DNA of 62,172 nucleotides, the filler included, from Bipalium vagum (taxonomy: Eukaryota): NCBI GenBank assembly GCA_037834085.1. It is 3 parts of 3 records of this genome, joined end to end, with 100 filler letters (N's around TTAATTAATTAA, not from the genome) between each part and the next. Parts side by side here need not be neighbours in the genome. Positions count along the whole stretch, not along the records: positions 1 to 19,499 come from JBBMKC010001726.1; 2 more parts are not named here. One strand, written 5' to 3'. Shown here one piece after another: positions 1 to 13,343 of this stretch; the stretch's first letter is position 1; every line of letters begins with the position of its first letter. The notes under the pieces were generated by a model. It did no database searches, was not told the origin of the DNA, and saw only the letters and a list, made by a program, of their open reading frames with translations. A program made the translations under genes and the position numbers.

Positions 1-1350
1 TACATAAAATTTTACTTTTATACAACACCAAACAAAGATTAATAAAAATTTCAATGTTTATTAAGAATAACATTCACTAAAATATAATTACACAGAAAAC
101 AAAATTTTAAAATAAAATTGATCACAAAATGTCAGAGATCAAATGTCCATTGCTTTGTTAGTTTGGATGGACCTGTTGTTGTAGGTGGATTTGATGGTAT
201 TGATGTTGATGATAATGGGAGTCTCCATAATATCTTCTGGAACCACGAGAAGAATCTCATCCACTACCAAGATCTTCTCTATCAGACCAATAAAGCCCTG
301 TCAGATTGAACTGTTCTGTTAGATATGTCCAAAATGAGAAAATTCTGAGAAGTTTCCAATTTCCTAAATGATAAATAACCAAAATAGGAAAATTCTACGT
401 GGCCTCTAATATCAAATGGAGTGCTGCGCAATGGAAATTTCACAGAGATGTTGGAAAACAATCAGTAAATTTCTCCGAGCTCCACGAAATTGAAGATGAA
501 AATTTCAATAACGACCAAAATCAATGCCAGTCTGATGATGTTGCTGCAAATCTCGACGACTGCTATGATGACTTACTCCAAAATGAAGATGAAGCAAAGC
601 TTTAATAGATGCACATTTATGTGCAAACGATTGTTCGTGAAAGAAGAAACTTGTCTTTTATATAAAATTTTATACGTTCGAATCCTAGGATCTCCGAAAT
701 ATTTTCAACTAACAAAGAAAATTGGCAAAACTGCTGCTGACAAGTGGTTTCATTTCAATTTCAAGACAACTTTGATTTGGAAGACAACCATTGTTCTAGG
801 CGACATACTGTTTTAGACAAAATTGACTTGCAAGGTTCTTTGGATACGGAACCATTAGCAAGCACTCGCGATTTATAGGCTGTACTTGAAATTTCCACAT
901 GACAGTATTGAACAAATTTGATTTTGTTCACAAGAATCCGAGCCAATATCTGCACGAACTGACCGAAGCACAAGTCAATAAGCGAGTGGACATTTGCTGG
1001 AATTTGCTCAACTTTCCATTGAACGATCAATTCTGGTAGCGAATTGTGATTTCGGAAGAGAAATAGGTGTATTCAGTCAACCATAATCAACACAAGCAAT
1101 GGCTTCAGAAGGGACAAACGACGTCTTTAATTCCAAAAAAATCGGTTTCACAGAAAATTCCTGTTTTGTGTGTTGGTGGAGCTTTGAGAGGATTATGCAC
1201 TTTGAATTGGTTAAGAATGGCTGTGCTATTTATTGTGAGTTTTATTTTGAGCACTTGATTAAATTATTTTTTAAGGAAAATCTATATCTACAACATTTTA
1301 CTAATGGTCAAGTAATACATTTTTTTAATTTTAAAAATCTTTTAATAAAT

Positions 1351-1935
1351 ATGGCCAAGATATTAACAGATATTAGGAAACTAGTCACTAAAAAATTGAA
1401 AGAGGTTTTGTCCAAGAGAAAAGTTTCAAATGAACTCAATATTTCAAGGAATACTGTTCAACACATTATACGGAAACTGCAACAACATGGAACATTGGAA
1501 AACTTATGTAAAAGTTATCGTAAGCCGAACAATACACAAAGATCAGAAAGATTACTTATTCGGATGTCAAAGCAAATTCTTCAGAAAACAACACGTGATA
1601 TTTTTATCGATTGGAAATCCAGTCAAACTTCTTCAGTTTTTACTGTGAAGCGCATTCTGAGAAAATATGCTTGTTCGGACGAATTGCAACGAAGAAGTCA
1701 TATTTAAATGAGCGAAAGATCAAGAATGGCTTAAAGTGGTGCTGAGATTATAGCAAATTGCTCCCTTCTTTTTGGAATGAATTGATTTTTACTGATGAAA
1801 ACCGGATAGAACTGTTCCCTAGAAGAAGTGAATACGTTCGCAGACCGCAAGAATCCAAGTATAATCCACGAAATATATCACGAAACTGTTTAATTTGGAG
1901 GAAAAAGTTTGATAGTTTGGGGCGCCTTTGTAATA
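1351..1935 (+). mobile_element. Tc1-like transposase remnant (N-terminal HTH and first catalytic Asp), truncated
   Basis: ATG at 1351 gives MAKILTDIRK..SNELNISRNTVQHIIRK..SVFTVKRILRKY (paired-like HTH). After a frameshift: WNELIFTDENRIELFPRRSEYVRRPQESKYNPR, matching the Tc1 W..V.FSDE..YVRRP pattern. Ends where a gypsy fragment begins. Confidence 0.85.
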
Positions 1936-1939
1936 TCTG

Positions 1940-2700
1940 TCTCAACCACGATGACCTTCAATTATAACCGTAGACGATTCAGAACAGTGAGAATATTTTC
2001 GAGCTATTCTGGGTAGCATTAATGCTAAACTCAATCCTCAGTTCGTGACAGTTTTGTTCTTCACAATTACCCTTTATTGAAGTAGTTATCATGTCTCGAA
2101 TAATACTTATCACTTTTTCCGCAAAGCCATTGGATTGGTGCTGGGAGGGATTGAATTCATGCTTGATATTCATACCTTTCCATTTCTGCTTCAGTCAGGC
2201 ATTCCCAAAGTTGCATCCTCTGTCTGTCAAGATACTCAGACCTTTCAAATTTATAAACCCATCTGTTCATAATTTTTTGTAGATAATTTTATCATCTATT
2301 TTACTCAACACGCCGATATTTGTAACTAGCTTTAAACCTTTTCATAAAACCAATGTCTACCACAATCTGTTTCAGAAAATGCTCACTACGTCTTAATCTT
2401 TTTTCCTCTTCGCACAGATCAGAGAGATTTTCAGGCACTTTTTAATCGAGCTTCACATTGCCGGCCAAAAATAATGGTCAAATATTATTGCTACCGTCAA
2501 ATACCTCTCGGGAATTCCTGCTTTGTTCCGAGTAATCTGACAAAACTAATAGATTACCGATGACATCCAAATCATATTTACTTCAAGGTGTACAACAGGT
2601 CCCGTCTTCCAACAGTAATATACATTCTAAAAATCACAACCGTTTGGTCACTATTCTGTCTGCACCGAATTTCCTCGAATGTATTACATTTATATATCGG
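1940..2700 (-). mobile_element. Ty3/gypsy LTR retrotransposon integrase fragment (degenerate)
   Basis: Minus strand reads HYFWPAM..KCLKISLICAK (integrase zinc-binding region) and NIKHEFNPSQHQSNGFAEKVISIIRDMI (core H.QSNG.AE motif), with stops and frameshifts. Confidence 0.75.
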
Positions 2701-2855
2701 GTCAAAGATATCTCAGGCTTTGCCAACTTATGGTGGGTTTGACATTGCTCACACAAGACCTCAGAAATTCTTGACAAACCATCAAGATTACTTTGTTCTT
2801 AGCCTTTCCTATATTGTTAGGACAAAATAAAATTCTGCTAAATTCGGCAGCCAGG

Positions 2856-3079
2856 TGTTCTTAACTAGTGTATCAAAGGTTAAACCTGACTCCAACTCTT
2901 AGGTGATGCAAAAATAATAACAATCAGTAAAGCAATAATTTTTATTTATAACACAAACTTCACACAATGATAACAATTGTAAGATAACAATTTTAAGAGA
3001 TTGTGTAGTAGTAGTTTACTACTAATAAATAGTAGTTTAAGGATTTTTGGTGCCAAATCTTTAAGTTAAATAGTATACA
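2856..3079 (-). repeat. Possible 5' LTR of the adjacent gypsy fragment, followed by a PBS-like sequence
   Basis: On the minus strand the block runs TG...AAGAACA, contains AATAAA, and is followed 2 nt later by TGGCTGCCGAA (PBS-like). It lies upstream of the integrase fragment. No second LTR copy was seen. Confidence 0.35.
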
Positions 3080-3179
3080 TTCTATGATATCTTCAATGTA
3101 CTTTTTATTTTTCATATTGATGAGTATAGTATAGAAATGTTTTAAACATTATATAGTCGAACTACGAAGCGTGAGTCCT

Positions 3180-3400
3180 TATACTCATTTCGCGTTTTTC
3201 TTCAAATCTTTCTAATCACCCGTTATCAATATGTAAATCAATAATACTTTGACTCTAAGCGGATATATCTGGAAGAGGGTTTTTCCCTGAATATGTTAAA
3301 CCAAAGTGACTATAGGCTTTGAAGAGAACTCCACAATCCTCTCTTCTGTAACCAAGTTGGAGTCACTGGCTTTACCAGCATCATCTATTGCGGGATCTTC
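3180..3400 (-). mobile_element. Probable pogo/Tigger (CENP-B HTH) transposase remnant
   Basis: Minus-strand pieces SLWFNIFREK and DLHIDNG*LERFEEKR resemble the pogo L..WF...R and SNGWL.RFK.R motifs. Confidence 0.45.
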
Positions 3401-4000
3401 GGAGTCATGGTCTTAAACTACAATCTACTATTATTAATATTCTATTAGGCTTTATTATCTTACCTTGGAATTTTAAACATCTGTTTATCCTGCAAAATGC
3501 AATGTGTCATAATAACCAATCGAAATGGTTTGCGCCGAATCTATTTTATTTTATTTTCTGAATTTTATTTTATTTTTGACAGCTTTATTTTTTTATTATT
3601 TAAAGCATAATGTATATCATTTATTAAATATTTTAAGTAAATTTTATTAAATTAATTAAATCATTTTACATATTTTTTTATTAATAATAGAAGCATTTTC
3701 TTGAAATTACTATAATGTATATTAATTTTTAATTTAATACTTCATATATCATGTTATTTATAATAGGTCGCAAGATTAAAAGAAAAAAAAATTAAATAAG
3801 ATTTAATTTATTTGATGGTTTATTAAATAAACTGATAATTTATTGAAGTTCTTTTAAAAATTGAAAATTACACAATCAAACTAATAAATAGGGCCATTTT
3901 TACAAGTTTAATTGTTTAAATCAGTAGACATTTCTTTAAGTTCATTGATTCATTTGAAATATCCAAATTTCTTATACGCATTTAGGATCTTATATTTTCT

Positions 4001-7000
4001 ATGATGTCAGATGGTATAAATGTTGAAGTATTGGGAAGTCATAATGAAAGATACCCAGTTAGAATTTTGTTTTTAAATTAATCACAGTTTTCAGTAAATT
4101 TATGGCAATAAATTTTTTTTACTTTACTTTATTTATTTAATTAATATCTTATTTTAAAAATTTTATTTAGGCCAAAATTCAATCATTTTCTGGTGATAAT
4201 GAAATAATTGTTCGATTTGACGATTGTCCTGATGTGCTTTCTAAAGTTCATACAAGCATTGTTTATCTAATAACTGAAACCGGTAAAAATTGTGAATTCC
4301 ACGTGGGATCAGACGTTTTAGTTCACCAGAAGATCGAAGATCCAACTTTAAATATCACAAATGTATTTAAAGATGTCAAATTAACTCATGCTTGGTGGCC
4401 AGCTAAAATTCAAAAATTGAAAGGATGTTTTGCAGCCGTATCCTTTAAATCTCGGGAAAATGAAAATTCAACCGATATTGTTGAGTTAAGCTCATTAAGA
4501 CCTTTTCCTTTGACTCGTTCTATTTCTCGGAACGATATACATATACATGAAATGGTTGTTCCAGATGATTTATGTGAATAGTTAGTAAATAATTAAAAAT
4601 AATTTTTGGGGTATTTCAATTACTTTTCTTAAAAAGGTTATCATGCTCAGCCAAAAATGATCTATATTAATCAATAATTTTAAATTATATTCGATAAGAA
4701 TTAATATTGACACTTAAGAATTAAATTATTAATCAACAACAAAATTAATTTATTCTGTTATGAACAGGAGAAATACGCTAAAAATTTCAATTATTTATGT
4801 TGCACTATCTTCATTATAACAATTTGTTTTTCCAGCTGTGAATATTACGATATTCGTGGGGATTTGAATCGATGGTGCGGTCCAACGATTGCGGTTAATT
4901 TCGACAAAACAAATAAGCGCTTACAGATTTATTCCACACAAAAGGAAGTTGTTCGTCGAGCTCTTTTGTTGGATGCATCGTTTATGCGCGTATTACGCCA
5001 AAAGAAGCTCATCCATATACAGAAAGATGAACTTACGAAACGACTCAATGATACAATGAAAAATCAATATGTAAGATCTTTTACTAATGAAACAAGATAT
5101 GTTAAATAATTCAAATAGTATTATTGATTTTATATCTATTTTTTGTTATATTAAGGTTATAATTTAAGCATTTTTAAAAATTAAGCAATTCTTGTAAATT
5201 ATGAGAAGAAATCTAAGTACAATAAAATTGGAAAAATGAAAACGATTAAATTGTTTTGTAAAATTTTTAAATCATGATTTTCTCATTCATTTTTGCTATG
5301 GTGTTCTGATTCTTGAAAAAATCAATACTGAAGAAGAATTTTTAGGTTCTTCAACAATTTATCACATAAATACAAAATCATATCTTTATCAAAGAAAAGA
5401 GTTGTAAACTTTGCATCATGTGTCTTAAAGCACTTTTTCTTTTACTTGTTGCATAAATTCGTCCCGTTTCATAGAAAACTTAATGTATAGTTTATTCTCC
5501 GAACTGATTCATGGCTTTTCACCCGAGCTCGACATCAACAAAGTTTCAATTTTTCTTGATTCAAAGAAAATTTTTAAGATCTATTGATCTATCTTTTCAG
5601 GTTGTTTTCAGTTTCAATTTATCTTGAAAGTTTGATTTCTGCAAAATGACGAATCATTAAACGACATGAATTTGAACGACAATAAATTTGAAAATAAAAT
5701 TAAGTTTGATTATTACAAAAATCAATAAAAAATACACAAATTCACCACTACAAATAATTCTAAAAAAGCCAATTCATTATCTTATTTTTCATTATATTCA
5801 TTATTTCAAGGATTTTCACATTAAGACTGCATCTCCGGGCACTTAACAAACTCTTGTACGTTGAGAAAGATCGTTCAACGTCGACGGTTACAAGTGGTGC
5901 AAATCTGGTTAGTAATCGGTAATGCAAGTCTTTTTTGCAACATAAATAACATCGGGGTTTTTGGCTAAGTTCTGATACAGATTGTTTTTCACAATACCTC
6001 TCAGTGCTTCCATCACATCCATCAAAATGCTCCATTGCACATCTTTTTCAGAGCATTGCTCTTCTAATTTAGTAATAGCTGTTGTCAGAAAAGAAACAAA
6101 ATAGAAGCACCTAAAATTCCTTGGTCTCCTAATCATCTATTCTATAACTGATAAGTGAATGTCGAGTTTTTGCAATATATTGTACAAAATTTGTAATAAA
6201 TTGATTGAAATGCATTGAAAAGAGAAGTTTATTTTAAGAATGGGAGTTATTGAGGAGATATTTATGTAGTTTGATCACTTTACCAGTCGTAATTGAGACC
6301 AGTCATTGAGAAATCCTTGTCCAGAACCTATTAGTTATCAGAAAACAGATTAAATATTAATTTTTTTTGGTTAGACAATTACTAAAAAAATATTCTCCAA
6401 CCTGATAAAACATATGCGGTAATGACTAGAACTTGGTTTACACAAAATTTATCTTATAAGATAACAAAAACTATAGAATTCATTATTAACAAAAATAGGT
6501 TTCTGAACTCGGTTGTACGACGCATTCCATATATTTTCAAAAATCTATTTTAGGAGTTTGTAAAATCATCTAATTGATGGCTTCTAATTATAATAAAACA
6601 CTTAAATATATTTTTCAAAGTTCATTTTATTCTAATTAATAACATTCCGAATTTCTCCTACAGAGCAATTTACAATTAGATGAGGCGTTTGGTATAAAAT
6701 TATAAAAAATATTAGGTTGTAAGAAAATAAATGGAGGTTTTTGATATTGAACTTCAAATGAACAAATCACAGCTTAAACAAAATTATAATTATCAAAATA
6801 GAAACTATTACTGTAAAACATAATCATTGGGAAAGTTCTCTCGCTGAAGAATTTGTCAAAATGTTTGAAGAAATAATCAGTAAGCGAGAGGTCTGGTGAG
6901 TAGGTTGGGTGAGGCAGAATTTCAATATCAGACTGGTTCAAATTTGGTACGGCAGATTCGACACGTGGTCTGGTGTAATCATGGAGAAGAAAAGGGTCTT

Positions 7001-10000
7001 TTCTATCGATCAAGGCTGGGTGGATGCACTTCAGTTTTGGATACATTTCGATTTCTACACAATAATTTTTGGCGGTAAATGTATTACAACATATCAAGAA
7101 TTTTCTATGAATCAAATCAGTGGAACACCATCAAACAATCATCAAAAACCTTCCGTTGGTGAACTTAAGTTTAGAAAAAGGTTTAGGAGGTTAATGTTGA
7201 TCTAAATACTGGTGGGAATGTCGGCGATTGTCATGCAGGACCTATTTCTCATCACAGGTTCCTTTTTGTTGCACAAAAGAAGTGCTGGCGACACTTCAAA
7301 ACGATATAATTTTTAGTTTTCTGTCAAATCATGCGAAACCCATTTGCGGAGTTTCTTTGACTTTCTACTTCTGGCAGTTGGTTTGAACCAATCATAGCTG
7401 AAACGCCTAGCACACAACTAAGATCTCGAACAGTTGTACGTTGATCAGTTTCAAGCATTGTCTTCAAATTGTCATTGGAGATGGAAGATTTTCGTCCACA
7501 ACCATCTTTATCTTGAATATCTTCATCTGAATCCTTAAATCTCTGAAACCAGCGTTGAGCGCTATTTACTAGTGGTACTTTCTCCAAATATAAGGTTCAG
7601 ATTTCGAGCAGTTTGTGCAGCATTATTACTTTTTTTGTATTCATAACGGAAAACTGCTCTAATTTGGATGTCGTTCATATCATTTTCAAATACCAAAAAT
7701 ACTAGATAATTTTTCTTTATTAAAAATTTTTATTGACTTACCTTTTTAAAAGATAAGGAGATTTATTTTAATAAATATTTATATAAATATTTTATTAATA
7801 AAACAAAATTTCATTATAACTCATAATGAAAAAATAAACCCATAAAACCGCCATTTATTTCTTTACAATCTAATAGTAGTATTTACAATTATTTTAGATT
7901 GAAAACTGTTTTTATTTCAATGAAAAATGTTACAAAATATGTACATCTTTTAATTTATTTTTATTAAAACTATTTTTTCATTTACACAAACATCTTGAAA
8001 ATCTAAAATTCTCAATATCTATTTAATACTGAATGCTTTGATAATTTTATGGACAATCGATTTTTATTAGCTAGACGAGTTTATGCACCTGTACAATAAT
8101 TACCAGGTTCTTAATACATATCGATCTATCATTAATATATAATAATAAATAAATAATACATTTTGTAATCCTGTTCATTTTGATTTAATTAAAATAAAAT
8201 ATTCAAAAAGAAAATAACACTGAAAAAACATTAAAATAATAATTTTTTATTGATTTCAGATTCTAATTGAATCAGAGAATTTGGTCAATTTTTATTTAGT
8301 AGATTTATTAATCGTTTGAGCTTCTCTACATCGATAATTTTCTTTCGTATGATTGATTCTTTACAATGATTTTGTCTTGAATAAAATTAAAACTTTTTTT
8401 TCAAAATGGTTTAAAAATTGTGATCTTTTCTCAAAACGCTTTTATTTCGCTAATTTTTCTCATAACTAATATATAAATTGTATTCTCCATTTTTATTGGC
8501 TGCTTCTTTTCGAAATCGGAATATATTGTAGTAAAAATTGATCTGTAAGTGAAAAATCCCCGATTTTTCCCAGACAATATGATAAGAATATTTCTACGGG
8601 AAAAACGCCTGGAGTTTATTGCGGTGCACATAATATGATCTTATCAGTGAATCATCGAAAGAATACTTCGGCATTTTTTTCAGACCCAATACGATGCAAC
8701 AGATGCATTTTGTGATTGTTGATTTTAGTGTTCTATCTTGCATAAATCTAACCGGCTTTTGCTCTACCGGAATCTTAGTTTCTATCTGAATTTTCTTTTG
8801 ATAATAACACCGCGACATAAACACAGATTGCGATAAAAAACAATGATTAGTTTTTCTATGAGGAAGTGGTTAGATTTTCCATAAAAAGGATAATAGAAAT
8901 ATGGAAATATCGAGCGATAGTTGTTGTCGTAATTTATTTCTAATTGTTTTTTTTTCGAAAGGTTCTCGAGATTTAAAATTGTCAGTGATTAAAATAATTG
9001 GGAATCTCGTTAAAATGTTAAATAAATCAATAAGAAAATAAATTCTGGATATTTGTGAATACTGGAACACTGGTATGGAAAGAAATGTAAAATTGTCTAT
9101 CAATTTTTCCCTGGGACTCATATCTGGCACAGCTTGAACTCTCAGTATTTAAGAAGGAACGGTCAGTCTTATAATAACAAATAAAAATGTTAGGTTAATG
9201 CTTGTAGTATATTTTGTGAAGATAAATACCATACATTTTTCTCTCAGTGGAGGTGATTAATAGTCATTTTAGCAATGTGAATTTAATTCTGACTGTATCT
9301 GTAGGCTTTAGTAATTACATTTTCCGTGCGATCGAATCAATTTCTTCTCCAATATTCGCATTTCAATAAAATTTGTTTGTCCTCTTTCCCTACCAAAAGT
9401 GGTTTGGTGCGTTCCAATTTCACTTTCCTTTTCAGTTTGGACCGATCATTCAGAATAGATAATAATCAATCTTATCTTGATCAGCCTTTTAATATGAGAG
9501 TCACTTCGTGTTCCTATTATTTATATCGCAGTCTATTCCTATAAATAATAATTCTTTGATATTATAAATTCTAAAATTAAACACCCATTCGATCGATATT
9601 TTCGGCTTTTTGAAATAGAATAACCGGGAAAAGATCTGGTTGGTTTTAGTTTTTTCAATTTTTAACTTATTTAAGCATCGTCACGAGCTTAAGAGGATTA
9701 TTGATTCATAGTTATACACCATTATTATAATTACGAATATGTCATACTTTATGAAATTTCATAATTTAAAAAATAAATTTAATTATTAAATTTTGAACTA
9801 TGATTCTAAACATGATCAAATTTTGTTATTAATAATCAATAAATATTTTAATATTTCTGTTTATTGACAAAATTTACACAGATCTGCATGTTATCAGTAA
9901 TAATAATAATAAATTAATTAATATTTCTAAATTTCACAATGGAATCGATTTTTTAAAAATTTTTCTAAAACATTCAGAAAATAAAAATTTATTGATTTTA

Positions 10001-11356
10001 TGTACCAAATACAACTCTTTTTCTCATAATTAACATTTTGTTTTGTAGGTTGAGGAATTTACTGTATCAGAAGAATTGATGGGATTGTCCATTGGATCTC
10101 AAGGAAATAATATCAAAAAAGCGAGAGAAATTGATGGAGTTATCAGTATCGATCTTGATGATCGAACGCATACATTCACTATTTCTGCACAGGTTTCTTT
10201 TTAATATAAACTTTTTCAATTAATAATTATATATTTGAACGAATCAGACTCAAGAAGCAGCCAAATCAGCACGTGCTCAGTTAGAGTACTTGAAGAAAAT
10301 TTTTTATGTACCTATGGATATAGTGTCGAAAATTATTGGTCGTAATGGAAATCAAATCCAAGACATTATTGATCAGTCGGGTGTAATGCGTGTTAGAGTT
10401 GTGGAGGGACCAGATTTAGGCAATTGGAAAGACGAAGAAAACAAACATCTATTGGCTGATCATGTTCCATTCATTTTCGTTGGTAGTAGTATCAGTATTC
10501 GTGATGCTTGTCTTTTGCTCGAATTCAGTATTGATCATCATCGAGAAATGGATCGTCTTCAAAAAGAACGAGACGAGATTCATCGCGAAATACGAAATAA
10601 CAACAAAACAACTGTTACCAACTTTAAATATATGAAGTATGTATGTTAGGTATATAAAAAAGAGTATTGAAACTCAAACTTTTAATATTATTATCATTGA
10701 TGTATTATTATTTTTTTATTTTTATCAATATTATTAATTATTAAAATTTATTATAATAATCTCAACAATTATCAAAATATATTTGTTATTCTACATATTA
10801 ATTTTGAAAAATTATTCTTCTACTTGTTCAATGAAATGTCAAACTTTGAACGTTTCCCTCGAATTTTTCTTGATATTACTATTAAATTTTTTAAGCCACA
10901 GTGCCAATGAAAAGGAAGTCGGCGAGCATTTCAATCCTCTAAACAACAACAGCATTAACAGACCCTTCAATCCCCGTGGCAGAAATCGTGGAAGAGGACT
11001 GTACAAAAACGTTTCCAATTCCGACGTAGAACGCAATGACAATTACGCTGATGACAATTCAAATTACAGAACAAATCCTCGAAATGGTTCGTACAGAAGA
11101 GGAGTGAATAATTTTCGACAGGGTTCACTGCCTCCGAATTCTGTTAACGGACAGCACAATGGTTGGTTAAATATATTTCTCTTTTCGTATATATGTATAT
11201 ACATTGAAACCTGTTAATTTGAGCTACTCTAAATTATGTTAATAAGAATTAAATATTGACTTTTTTTTCACAAACCCTTTGTAATTTGGGCAAAATGTTC
11301 GATTGCAGGTTTTACATTGACTGGTTTTACTGTATTTGTATTGATTAATAATAATA

Positions 11357-11407
<51 letters not shown>

Positions 11408-11737
11408 TAACAATTCTCCTTATTTCGAATAGGAAATCGAAGATTCAATCAACAGGAGGATGATACTGATGACTACACATCAGCCACCAATGATTCGGAA
11501 AATGGGCGACCAAACAACAGCAACGGTCGTAACGGAAATGTGAATCAAAAGTTGCGAGGCAACAAAAATGGTCGAGGAAGAGGAGGACCAGGAGGTGGAG
11601 GCCGAGAAGCAGGTGGTCGTAACAATGGCAACCATATTTTCTCCAAGGGATCGAAAACAAGCGATGATAACAATGGTGGTAGTCTAAAGAATGAGGACAT
11701 CCAAGTTCATTATGATGCAGAGAGCAATGAGAAATGA
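4001..11737 (+). CDS. FMR1: Fragile X messenger ribonucleoprotein (FMR1/FXR family): tandem Agenet/Tudor, KH0/KH1/KH2, RGG-rich C-terminus; about 601 aa
   Basis: Exons 4001-4057, 4171-4580, 4836-5070, 10049-10192, 10248-10636, 10896(or 10902)-11161, 11433-11737. All introns are GT-AG with consistent phases; total 1806 nt. Motifs: VEVLGSHNERYP|AKI (cf. FMR1 VEVRGSNGAFYK|AFV, same intron position), AWWPAKI, VVPDDL, KH1 EEFTVSEELMGLSIGSQGNNIKKAR, KH2 IVSKIIGRNGNQIQDIIDQSGV.RVRV, VPFIFVG..SI.DA..LLEF, and RGRGGPGGGGR. Confidence 0.95.
5760..6140 (-). mobile_element. hAT-type transposase C-terminal fragment in FMR1 intron 3
   Basis: FLTTAITKLE and FAPLVTVDVERSFSTYKSLLSARR..L (hAT dimerisation-type ERSFS motif), split across two frames. 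Confidence 0.75.
6712..7873 (-). mobile_element. Near full-length, defective mariner element in FMR1 intron 3
   Basis: About 30-bp imperfect TIRs (ttaggttgtaagaaaataaatggaggtttt / aaaaccgccatttatttctttacaatctaa) flanked by TA. Transposase pieces: SAQRWFQRFK, LLHDYTRPRV, ILPHPTYSPDLSLTDYFF. Confidence 0.92.
11347..11404. repeat. (AAT)n microsatellite in FMR1 intron 6
   Basis: Direct tandem AAT run. Confidence 0.95.
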
Positions 11738-13059
11738 TGAGATGTTGATGTGAATGGACGATTGAGTTCATATATTTGTGTATCGATTTTTTTCACTTGT
11801 ATGTATGTTATTAAAACATTTTTCCTGTTTTCCCTTATGGTCTGAATTGAATATTAGTTCTCAAAATTGTTACTACTACTACTACTGCTAGCATTAATAT
11901 TGAGGTGTTCTCTCTATCTCTCTCTCTACTCTTGACTAGATTTGGTGAAACTTTATTATTTGTTTCATAATATAAAATATTGATTTAATGCTTTATTTGG
12001 TCGACCAACATTGAATTTATTTGCCTTCAGTACCTTTTTTAAAAACATAAACATGTTTGCGTTTGACTAATATTATTTTTTGCTGTTCTACTTTTATTTT
12101 ATCGGATTTTCCAGCGAGAACGTCTGTAGAATATAATGATGATATTATGATTATTGCAAGGTGAATGCTATAAATAGAGTATACAAATAATATTGTTAAT
12201 TATTTTGATTGAAATTATTATTATTACTATAAACAACTTAAATATTATCATTACTACTTATTAGTAATATTTTTATTGTATGTTATATATATTGTCTGTA
12301 TAAAAATTGTCTGAATTTTTACTTACATAAAAATTGTTTTGTTTTCTCCGTAAAAATTTAAAATATCTTATTCAACATTATAATCGTTAACAATTTTAAG
12401 GTTCTTTTCGGTATTTACTTAATCTATCTAAAATAAGAGATTGTAGTATCATTCACTTTATCTTTTGATTATAGTGATATTTAATTATTAATTAATTTTA
12501 TTGAACTATTTCGCGGTGAGTATGACATTCATATTTTGAGTCCATATATGTAGACAAAATTTGAACTTAATTTTTGTAACTATTGAAAAGGATGTTCTTT
12601 CGGTGTTTAGGGATAACATTTTAACAATCTTTAATTTCTTAACTATATTCTGAATGGATTTAATATTTTATTAATTAGCAATAAAAATTGTTGATACAGG
12701 AAAGAGATGCGCATCTTACGGAGGTATACTTTAACTGGTCGTAATTCAACATTTACTGATTTTTCTTTCAAAGACTGTCAATGATAATCATAGAGTGGGT
12801 AAAACAACGAAAGCCAGATGTCATAGATTTTAAAAATTACTTAAAATTCTGTTACTCCTTTACCAAAACTGGTTTTTAATAATGATATAGTTATAATTAA
12901 AGAATACTAGATATAACAGTTTTTAATTTGACTATCTTGAGATGTGTTTTATGAAATAGATATATTAATACTAACTAATTTTGAAAACTAAGCGAATATT
13001 AAGTATATGATCTAAAATTGGTTTATGACTTGGTGATCCAAGAGAATCATAAAGTTAGC

Positions 13060-13325
13060 AAATGAAAAAATTTGAAAATTCTATAAATTTTTCCTCCTGA
13101 AAAAGTAAAATTCTTGCAAATGAACTTCATAAGGAATTCAGAAAAACTAAACATTTTTTAATAATAAAAGTTTTTAATAAAGATGATATTTAGTCAGCAG
13201 ATTTAACTTTTGTCCCAGCAGAAAAAGATTATAATATAATTTTAAATAAGCTATTGATTTATAGTCTTCTGTTTTTTCTATTCCTTTAAAAATAAAACAG
13301 GTCAAACAATTACAAATGTTTTACG
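13060..13325 (+). pseudogene. Polinton/Maverick-type retroviral-like (RVE) integrase N-terminal remnant
   Basis: From 13110: ILANELHKEFRKTKHFLIIKVFNKDDI*SADL..., then with frameshifts AIDL..SIPLK.KTGQTI. Matches the Polinton integrase pattern LA.ELHK..R.....DDIW.ADL...IDVFSK...IPLKNKTG. Confidence 0.75.
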
Positions 13326-13343
13326 ATTAAACAATTACAAAAT

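Noticed and set aside
118-1030. Cluster of short ORFs at the window start
   Set aside because: No recognisable domain or consistent splice model; probably TE debris.
3003-3036. tagtagtagtttactacta as a Polinton terminus (AGT repeats)
   Set aside because: No partner TIR or Polinton genes adjacent; lies within the putative LTR.
5760-6140. Functional link between a CGGBP-related hAT fragment and FMR1 (CGGBP1 binds the human FMR1 CGG repeat)
   Set aside because: The fragment is a broken transposase, a similar family occurs elsewhere in the window, and there is no CGG repeat upstream of this FMR1; coincidence.
11445-11771. His/Cys-rich 108-aa minus-strand ORF
   Set aside because: Antisense shadow of the last FMR1 exon.
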